Source: an uncultured cyanobacterium (lineage in GTDB: Bacteria; Cyanobacteriota; Cyanobacteriia; Cyanobacteriales; CAWCAG01). From it: a DNA stretch of 64,000 bases. Location of the stretch: NCBI GenBank assembly GCA_963793425.1, contig CAWCAG010000007.1, forward strand, positions 224,001-288,000, in the 5' to 3' direction. Positions 10,894-19,092 of this stretch are shown one piece after another. The notes below the pieces were generated by a model, which worked only from the letters and a program-made list of their open reading frames with translations, did not search any database and was not told where the DNA came from. How positions within the stretch are numbered: the stretch's first letter is position 1; each line of letters starts with the position of its first letter. Made by a program: the position numbers and the translations under genes.

Positions 10894-11625
10894 ATGAAAC
10901 GTCAACTCTTAATCAGCTTAATAGCTACAACTGCAACCCTTAGTACATTCTCTGCCAACGCTTTTGCTAGTAGCCTTGTTCCTCAACAAGAAGGAGAAAT
11001 CAATGTTGGTCTCGGTTGTATAGATCCAGACCCTAATAAATGTATTGAAGCTAATTCTATACCCTTTATTGAAAGCATCAAATCTATCGAAGACGATAGC
11101 ACGGGTAATAAAAGTCGTCTCTTTGTTGATGATTTTAGTACTGCAAATACCTACGGTAGCGGTACAAATGCAATCCAATTCCAAATAAGAGATGCTGGAA
11201 CTAACCCTGATGAATTTTGGTTTCGCCCTTCCGAACATGATGCGAATTTAGGTCATGGGGAAGAAAACGGTCAACTGGAAGTAGGAACCTTTAAGTTCAC
11301 TTTTACCCAGATGCTGGCAGATTTGACTATAGATTTCTTTGATACGGAGTCAAAAAATACCACTGGGGTTATTGCTATTAACGGTATTAGCTTAGATAGT
11401 CCTGATTGGGTAGCAAAAGGTCAAGATAGCAACATTGTTAGTCAAACTTTCTTTGATATCACTTCCATAACACTCAAATTGGGTCATGATCGTGACAATG
11501 GTACAGGAGATGGAGTAGATTTCAAGGCGAGTAGTGTCGATATACCTGAACCTACTGCATTATTAGGACTTCTTGGTATTGGTTTATTTGGGGCAGTTTC
11601 TAAGGGCAAGAAGGAAAAGAATTAA
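10894..11625 (+). CDS. LEVG-family PEP-CTERM surface protein
   Basis: N-terminal signal peptide, EENGQLEVGTF motif, C-terminal IPEPTALLGLLGIGLFG-KGKKEK sorting signal. Confidence 0.88.
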   Translation: MKRQLLISLIATTATLSTFSANAFASSLVPQQEGEINVGLGCIDPDPNKCIEANSIPFIESIKSIEDDSTGNKSRLFVDDFSTANTYGSGTNAIQFQIRDAGTNPDEFWFRPSEHDANLGHGEENGQLEVGTFKFTFTQMLADLTIDFFDTESKNTTGVIAINGISLDSPDWVAKGQDSNIVSQTFFDITSITLKLGHDRDNGTGDGVDFKASSVDIPEPTALLGLLGIGLFGAVSKGKKEKN

Positions 11626-11663
11626 TTCTTGTCGGTTGTTTTTGGGATGAATAATCGACAATG

Positions 11664-11701
11664 AAAGAGGTTGAGTTGAACCAAATTAACTCAACCTCTT
11701 T
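11664..11701. terminator. Bidirectional rho-independent terminator
   Basis: 14-bp stem AAAGAGGTTGAGTT/AACTCAACCTCTTT between the convergent PEP-CTERM gene and dps. Confidence 0.75.
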
Positions 11702-11732
11702 CCTTTTTTATTAACGAGAATGAGAATTGGTA

Positions 11733-12221
11733 TTACTTGAGAATACTCCGCAGCATCCAAGCATTTTTCTCGTGAGTTCGCATTCTTTCTGTGAGTAAGT
11801 CTGCGGTAGACTCATCGTTAGCACGTTCAGCAGCAGGAAAAGCAGAACGGGCAGTACGAACAACAGCTTCGTTTGCTTCTACTAAAAGGCGTACCATTTC
11901 TTCTGCTTCAGGAACACCGCGAGTTTCTTCAATGGAAGCTAGTTCAATGTATTCGCTATAGCTTGCGGGGGCAGGATAGCCCAAAGTACGAATGCGCTCG
12001 GCGATGTCATCCACTGCGAGAGCAAGTTCAGTATACTCTTGTTCAAACAATGTGTGTAGAGATTGGAACATCGGCCCGGTGACGTTCCAGTGGAAGTTGT
12101 GGGTTTTGAGGTATAAAGTGTAGCTATCAGCTAAAAGGCTAGAAAGTCCTTTAACAATTTCTTGGCGATCTTCTTCGCTGATACCAATATTAACTGGGGC
12201 TGTTGAACCTACAGTGGCCAT
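11733..12221 (-). CDS. dps: Dps (DNA starvation/stationary-phase protection, mini-ferritin)
   Basis: LYLKTHNFHWNVTGPMFQSLHTLFE, DDIAERI, HEKNAWML. Confidence 0.95.
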   Translation of the reverse strand: MATVGSTAPVNIGISEEDRQEIVKGLSSLLADSYTLYLKTHNFHWNVTGPMFQSLHTLFEQEYTELALAVDDIAERIRTLGYPAPASYSEYIELASIEETRGVPEAEEMVRLLVEANEAVVRTARSAFPAAERANDESTADLLTERMRTHEKNAWMLRSILK

Positions 12222-12265
12222 AATTTTTCTCCTTAAGTAATTTAATTAAAACAACTAGACTATTT

Positions 12266-12529
12266 TTAAGCTAAATGCCTTTGTAAAACCGAACGAGGTG
12301 CGCGGCGTACTCTGCATTTAATGGTTTCTTTGCCTAGACGTTGATGGGCTTCGTAACGGTGACAACCGGAAAAGCCATAGTATTGACCATCTACTTCTAA
12401 CACGTCTATGGGTTCTCGCAAACCTTCTTTAGCGATTGATTCCATCAGTGCCGCTACTTTCTTTTGGTCGTTTTGGCGAGGTAGAGGACGACGAATCTGA
12501 TTTAAAGGAATCTCTTGAATAGCAACCAT
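12266..12529 (-). CDS. srxA: Sulfiredoxin
   Basis: YYGFSGCHRYEA catalytic motif in a ParB/Srx fold. Likely start is MVAIQEIPL at 12529, downstream of an AGGAG. Confidence 0.9.
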   Translation of the reverse strand: MVAIQEIPLNQIRRPLPRQNDQKKVAALMESIAKEGLREPIDVLEVDGQYYGFSGCHRYEAHQRLGKETIKCRVRRAPRSVLQRHLA

Positions 12530-12570
12530 CCTGAAGTTTATCTCCTGGTGTTTATTCCTCCTTGTATAAA

Positions 12571-12585
12571 TCATACTCGTTATGA
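12571..12585. promoter_or_regulatory. Candidate Fur/PerR-type 7-1-7 operator upstream of srxA-dps
   Basis: TCATACT-C-GTTATGA imperfect palindrome about 40 bp upstream of the srxA start. Confidence 0.4.
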
Positions 12586-13057
12586 GTTTGCTTTGCAAGT
12601 TTTTATTAATGATGCCTACGACAACGGCAAGCCAAACAATATAGGGAAATAATACTTAAGAGCGAAGTTGGCTAATTTCCTATAAGCAAGAGATATTAGC
12701 TAGTTGAAAAAAATATAAAATTTTTAACAGAGTATATACTTAAGTGATAACTATGATGTATAGTATTGGAGATTCCAAAACGACCTGAATTTATCTGTTG
12801 AATATAACCAAATATTTTTATGAAAGTTTGTTTCTTTTTGACCCTGATTTCTGTACTAGGTTTTATGGGAATATGCAGCGTACCCTCATCAGGAGAAATT
12901 TGTTCTCCTAGCAACGGAGGGGGAGCAGGTGTAGGGCAAGGTTCCCACTCCCAAGGCAATGAAAATATTACCCAAGAGTGCAAAGATTCGCAGCAAGCAT
13001 TTATAGACAATCCTTAAGGAAGGAAGAACAAAATTAGAGCAATTATTTGGCTTAGAT

Positions 13058-14767
13058 TTGCGATCGCTAGCTGTATTACGTATTGGTTTAGCTTTACTAA
13101 TTCTGACTGATTTATTTAAACGAGCTTTTGATCTTCAGTCTCACTATAGCGATGAAGGAATTCTACCTAGAAGTGTTTTAATTGAGCAAAATCTTAACCC
13201 CTGGCGTTGGTCGATACATTTATTTAGCGGACAGGCTTTATTTCAGGGAGTCTTATTTATTTTGGCAGGTGGGATCGCCATAGCCCTATTATTTGGCTAT
13301 CGTACTCGCTTTGTCACTATCATCTCCTGGGCTTTACTTTTATCTCTACAACTACGCAACCCTTTAATAAATAATGCTGGAGATGTGGAACTCCGCTTGA
13401 TTTTGTTTTGGAGTATCTTTTTGCCCCTGGGGGCGCATTATTCTGTAGATCGCGCCCTAAATTCCTCTTCTCGAATTTTGCCAAAACGCCTACTTTCTCC
13501 TGCCACGGTTGCCTTAACCCTACAAGTCTGCTTTGTTTACTGGTTTACCTGGAGCCTTAAATCAGATCCAATTTGGCATACAGAAGGTAGTGCAGTTTAT
13601 TATGCCCTCAACTTAGATTATTTAGTAACTCCCATTGGGAAATTTCTCCTCAACTTTCCTTCCCTGTTGGTTTTCCTTACCTTTACCACTCTTTGGTTTG
13701 AATTATTAGGGCCATTTTTACTTTTCGTACCCTTCCGCACGGATTTTTTCCGCTTCTTGGCAGTTATGCTTTTTGTTGGGCTTCATCTTGGTTTTGGAGC
13801 AGGATTACTAATTGGCCTTTTTCCCTATGTTAGTGCCGTAGCTTGGTTAGCATTTTTGCCCAGTGGGTTTTGGCAGGTTATTTCTCAACGTTTCAGCAAA
13901 TCAACTAACCAAGAAATCAGAATTTACTATAACCAAAAACAGGATTTTAGTCATAAGATTGCTTACTTACTCCGTACCTTCTTAATTCTGCCCAAGGTGC
14001 AACTGCTTCCGGCACAACAAGAAGCGGAAATTTTAGCAGCCATGAAAGGTAGAAAATCTTTGGCAGTAAGCAATGGAAAAGGTAAACTATATTTCCAGAC
14101 TGACGCAGTTGCTTATTTATTTCGCCTCTCGCCTTTATTTCATTTCCTGGCTGCTTTTATACCCTGGAAAATCATCAAGTTTCTCGGTCAAAAATTTGCT
14201 CTTTTACCAACAAAATCCTTCCTGAAGTTTCGTCCTCTCAAAATCTCTACTTCCCGAAGAATTAATCTTGTTGTCTCCTTCCTCTTCATACTCGTTTCTT
14301 GGTGGAATTTTCGTACAATTGCCCCTGATATATTTAAAATACCAAAAGATGCTGATGCTTTTGTTCGGGTTCTCGGTTTAGATCAAACCTGGAATATGTT
14401 TACCCCCCACCCACCCACAAAGGACGGTTGGTATGTAATTCCGGGCAAGCTTAGGGATGGTACAGAAATTGATCTTTTTCAAGGTGGTGAGTCTGTAAGC
14501 TGGGAAAAACCAAAGCTAGTTTCTGGCACTTTTGGCAATATGCGCTGGCGCAAATATATTATGATGTTGCACCGTAAGGATAAGAAGAAGTATCGGCTCT
14601 ATTATGGAAGATATCTTTGCCGAAGTTGGAATAATCGACATAAAGCGGCTCAACACCTTGATACTTTTGAGATTAATTTTATGTTAGAAAAAACTTTGCC
14701 AGATTATCAAACCCCAAAAGTAGAAAGACTTCGTATTTGGAAGCATACTTGTTCTAAGGGTTCCTAA
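13058..14767 (+). CDS. HTTM-domain membrane protein with an internal DCC1-like segment; N-terminus uncertain
   Basis: (FGLD)LRSLAVLRIGL, YSDEGILPR, LPLGAHYSVD, LDQTWNMF, RWRKY. An in-frame ATG at 12959 is followed by TAG at 13004. Confidence 0.8.
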   Translation: MRSLAVLRIGLALLILTDLFKRAFDLQSHYSDEGILPRSVLIEQNLNPWRWSIHLFSGQALFQGVLFILAGGIAIALLFGYRTRFVTIISWALLLSLQLRNPLINNAGDVELRLILFWSIFLPLGAHYSVDRALNSSSRILPKRLLSPATVALTLQVCFVYWFTWSLKSDPIWHTEGSAVYYALNLDYLVTPIGKFLLNFPSLLVFLTFTTLWFELLGPFLLFVPFRTDFFRFLAVMLFVGLHLGFGAGLLIGLFPYVSAVAWLAFLPSGFWQVISQRFSKSTNQEIRIYYNQKQDFSHKIAYLLRTFLILPKVQLLPAQQEAEILAAMKGRKSLAVSNGKGKLYFQTDAVAYLFRLSPLFHFLAAFIPWKIIKFLGQKFALLPTKSFLKFRPLKISTSRRINLVVSFLFILVSWWNFRTIAPDIFKIPKDADAFVRVLGLDQTWNMFTPHPPTKDGWYVIPGKLRDGTEIDLFQGGESVSWEKPKLVSGTFGNMRWRKYIMMLHRKDKKKYRLYYGRYLCRSWNNRHKAAQHLDTFEINFMLEKTLPDYQTPKVERLRIWKHTCSKGS

Positions 14768-14814
14768 GTCGATTTTGTTGTTTCATACCAAATCGGTTTA
14801 CCTTGAATGCCATT

Positions 14815-17800
14815 GTTTCAATCCCTCAGAGGGATTATTGTATGTTGCAACAATTCTGTTTCTGGTAATTCCCATTCGTGACAAGTTAAGCCAAAACGCA
14901 ATCTGTCAAGGGCTTTGGCAGGGGTAAGGGAGAGAGGTCGAGGGGAGGTTTTTGTTGTTTCTTATCTGTAGTTTGTAGGGTGTCGTTAGCTGCAAGCGTA
15001 ACGCACCATCTTGAAGTGAAAAAGCGAAGACGGTGCGTTAAGCGCTGAATCAAGATTGTGGTAGAGTTGCCATAATTTTTCGCAGCGCCAACACACCCTA
15101 CGTTGCTGAATATAACCATAGGGGTTTGACAGATTGGACTTTTACTTAAGTTGTCACCAATGGGTAATTCCTTACCTTCCAGTATGTTTCAATCCCTCAT
15201 AGGGATTATTGTATGTTGCAACGTGTTTCTAGTAGTTTCATCTCCTCAATTTTTCGTTTCAATCCCTCATAGGGATTATTGTATGTTGCAACCTAGCGCC
15301 GCGCGACCGGCACAGAGACAAACCACGTTTCAATCCCTCATAGGGATTATTATATGTTGCAACTTTTATTGAAAGCGTTGAAATGAATAGAAACAAATGT
15401 TTCAATCCCTCATAGGGATTATTGTATGTTGCAACCGGAATTGATGAAAGAATCGTCGTTCCTCAATGGGTTTCAATCCCTCATAGGGATTATTGTATGT
15501 TGCAACATCAATAAAGTCACCCAAAGATTCTTTAAGTAATCTGTTTCAATCCCTCATAGGGATTATTGTATGTTGCAACACCCGATTTTACACAGGCGGC
15601 TTTGGCTGAATGTGTTTCAATCCCTCATAGGGATTATTGTATGTTGCAACTACTTCGTAGTCAGCTTTTACAAGTTTACCAATTTGTTTCAATCCCTCAT
15701 AGGGATTATTGTATGTTGCAACAGGTCAAGTTACCGTCGTCACTAGAAATGTTCCCCGGTTTCAATCCCTCATAGGGATTATTGTATGTTGCAACCTTCA
15801 GCACTGCTAGTATCTTCAGCAATACTTGTAATTAGTTTCAATCCCTCATAGGGATTATTGTATGTTGCAACTTCAAGGAGTAATCCCGCGATCGCTGATA
15901 CACTCGTTTCAATCCCTCATAGGGATTATTGTATGTTGCAACACCTAAAAAATATACCAATACTTTAGGAGTAATGATGTTTCAATCCCTCATAGGGATT
16001 ATTGTATGTTGCAACGAATTGTACCATCTAAATCTAGTAATAGTATTTTGTTTCAATCCCTCATAGGGATTATTGTATGTTGCAACAACTAACAGGAGCA
16101 ATTGATAAAATCGGCAATCCTGAGTTTCAATCCCTCATAGGGATTATTGTATGTTGCAACAACAGTTGGAAGGCATAAAGCAAGAGAATAAATTGCGTTT
16201 CAATCCCTCATAGGGATTATTGTATGTTGCAACGTGTTCTTTCCCCCAAGGCTTTTAATGCAGCCACAGGTTTCAATCCCTCATAGGGATTATTGTATGT
16301 TGCAACGATATGCCTAATGCATCGCTCTACCTTCATTCATCGTTTCAATCCCTCATAGGGATTATTGTATGTTGCAACGTTAATCAGAACCATGGCGGAC
16401 TGTATTCTGCAAGTTGAGGATGTTTCAATCCCTCATAGGGATTATTGTATGTTGCAACACCTTTATTCCAAGTCTCAATAGAAAAAGGTGTAAGGTTTCA
16501 ATCCCTCATAGGGATTATTGTATGTTGCAACGATAAGGGATACAGCAGCCATAAAGCCCAGAAAAGTTTCAATCCCTCATAGGGATTATTGTATGTTGCA
16601 ACCCTGATGAGCCTGGTGATTTTAATGCACCTTCCTTGTTTCAATCCCTCATAGGGATTATTGTATGTTGCAACAACTACTTGACGAATTCTATGATAAT
16701 AGGGCTTTAGCAAGTAGTTTCAATCCCTCATAGGGATTATTGTATGTTGCAACGCTATCGTTTAGGTTAGGTCTGTATTAGATGCTACAGTTTCAATCCC
16801 TCATAGGGATTATTGTATGTTGCAACACTCATGACATCAAAAACTTTTTGTTACAAAACCTATTGTGTTTCAATCCCTCATAGGGATTATTGTATGTTGC
16901 AACATTTAGTAGAAGATGTTTTAGAAGAAGGAATTGATGTTTCAATCCCTCATAGGGATTATTGTATGTTGCAACCTGAAGGTTTTTCTCAGGAAGCTTC
17001 TATTAATCGGTTTCAATCCCTCATAGGGATTATTGTATGTTGCAACAAAATGGCTAGCAATCAAAACTTGGCGCTAGCTCGTTTCAATCCCTCATAGGGA
17101 TTATTGTATGTTGCAACTCAAAGAGAATAGCACGAACATGAAAGAAGAAGCGAATGTTTCAATCCCTCATAGGGATTATTGTATGTTGCAACATTGCTTT
17201 TGATAACCCGTCATTCCTGGCTTAAGGATGTTTCAATCCCTCATAGGGATTATTGTATGTTGCAACGTAAGTTCGTAATCAGCTAGTAGCTAAAGCTGCT
17301 GCAGTAGTTTCAATCCCTCATAGGGATTATTGTATGTTGCAACTTTGGCTTTTTTTGTACCGGGCTGCGATTTCGGAGTTTCAATCCCTCATAGGGATTA
17401 TTGTATGTTGCAACATCTGCAATCTTATTGTATCATGTATTCCCTTGTGTTTCAATCCCTCATAGGGATTATTGTATGTTGCAACATACTTTAGTGAATA
17501 TCCAATCTGATAAAGAGTCTGTTTCAATCCCTCATAGGGATTATTGTATGTTGCAACGGTTAGAGATATGTTGTTAGGGATTTGGGCAACTTCTGTTTCA
17601 ATCCCTCATAGGGATTATTGTATGTTGCAACAGTTTAGACGATATACCAAAAGAAACGTATGCTACCGTTTCAATCCCTCATAGGGATTATTGTATGTTG
17701 CAACGCTCCTGAATCTCTTTATGAGCCTCAGTGTCTCCTGTTTCAATCCCTCATAGGGATTATTGTATGTTGCAACAATGGTACAGCAATTACCAATAGC

Positions 17801-18658
17801 GATAGACTTCGTCGTTTCAATCCCTCATAGGGATTATTGTATGTTGCAACTTTGTGGAGGATTTTATTGAGCTGCGATAGGGTGTGTTTCAATCCCTCAT
17901 AGGGATTATTGTATGTTGCAACAAAGCAACGAACGACTTACCGCTACCCATCTCACCGTTTCAATCCCTCATAGGGATTATTGTATGTTGCAACTTTTGC
18001 CAAGAACCACCAGAAGAGGAACCAATACAGTTTCAATCCCTCATAGGGATTATTGTATGTTGCAACAAACTAATAGCAATTAAGCAAAAGATGCACCGAG
18101 AAGTTTCAATCCCTCATAGGGATTATTGTATGTTGCAACCTTCAACTGATTCAGAACGGGGTGCATTTTCTGACTGTGCTGTTTCAATCCCTCATAGGGA
18201 TTATTGTATGTTGCAACCTGGGAAGAAATCGTTGGGTACCACAATAGGATGTCGTTTCAATCCCTCATAGGGATTATTGTATGTTGCAACATAATGAGTA
18301 ATACAGCTGAATCCAGTAACATTATGTAGTTTCAATCCCTCATAGGGATTATTGTATGTTGCAACCACAAGATAGCAGGCGCTTGTGTGAAACTGAGAAG
18401 TAGGTTTCAATCCCTCATAGGGATTATTGTATGTTGCAACCAGGGTTGTAGTAATGGACTAAATTGTCATATCCCTTGTTTCAATCCCTCATAGGGATTA
18501 TTGTATGTTGCAACATTCTACAAAAACATCGTAGGCGCAGCCGTTTAAGTTTCAATCCCTCATAGGGATTATTGTATGTTGCAACCTTGTAACAGATAGT
18601 TCCAGTAGCGGTGATCCGTGGGTTTCAATCCCTCATAGGGATTATTGTATGTTGCAAC
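14815..18658 (-). CRISPR. CRISPR array, 49 x 37-bp repeats and 48 spacers; I-D-like; no cas genes in window
   Basis: Repeat on the + strand is GTTTCAATCCCTCATAGGGATTATTGTATGTTGCAAC. On the minus strand it ends ATTGAAAC and has an AATCCCT/AGGGATT hairpin. 48 repeats span 15186-18658 with spacers of 33-43 bp, plus a variant terminal repeat at 14815-14851. Variant repeats occur only at the left end, so the trailer is left and the leader right. Confidence 0.97.
14873..15162. mobile_element. 290-bp MITE (IS4-family-like ends) inserted in the trailer-end spacer
   Basis: TIRs CATTCGTGACAAGTTAAG / CTTAAGTTGTCACCAATG (16/18 match) with subterminal AATCTGTCAA/TTGACAGATT. 9-bp direct repeat GGTAATTCC at 14864-14872 and 15163-15171. 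Second copy at 57774-58061. Confidence 0.9.
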
Positions 18659-18900
18659 AGCGGTAGTTTGAAATGGTTGATGTATTTAGTTTTCAAGGTA
18701 CATTTGCGCGGCACACCTATAAAATTATCATAACCGACCATAAAAAACAATCCCAAAACCCTGAAACCCTTGCTGGGTATGGTGCGCGGCAGCCTCAAAA
18801 ATAGAAATCCCTGAAAGCTGCTGGGAGAGCGGATTTCAGGGATTTTCCACTCAATAGCCATTCTGATACCTACCCTGCCGCGCAAAATCGGGTGATTACC
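18659..18900 (-). promoter_or_regulatory. CRISPR leader
   Basis: Non-coding region adjoining the conserved end of the array, with TTTGCGCGGCA/TGCCGCGCAAA and CCCTGAAA direct and inverted motifs. Confidence 0.75.
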
Positions 18901-19092
18901 GAAGCAATATTCCAAAACAGATCACCTTTCCTTCCTGAACTATCACTTAAATTACTCACAGTGTCTCAAATACCAAATCCTTTACCCATTCTAATAGGAA
19001 TCAAGAAAAAGTCGATGAGATGAGAAAAACAACTGCTTCACATTCACTTTAGAATTAAGTCAATATTCAACTTAAACTTAAAAAAAGCAAAA

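Noticed and set aside
12840..12895. Hammerhead-like CTGATGAG on the minus strand (also on the + strand at about 51083)
   Set aside because: No GAAA core correctly placed after stem II, and no stems I/III.
14745..14814. Further degenerate CRISPR repeat left of 14815
   Set aside because: Only GTTTCA and GTTG fragments match; too weak to call.
14886..15119. 77-aa ORF open in both MITE copies (also 57815-58048)
   Set aside because: No transposase motifs and no clear RBS. Being open in both copies is expected for near-identical sequences.
15223..18621. Self-targeting spacers within this window
   Set aside because: I saw no match by eye. An exhaustive alignment was not possible, so this is not excluded.
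15151..18915. Short ORFs within the CRISPR array and leader
   Set aside because: They are translations of repeats and spacers (recurring FQSLIGIIVCCN / VSIPHRDYCMLQ).
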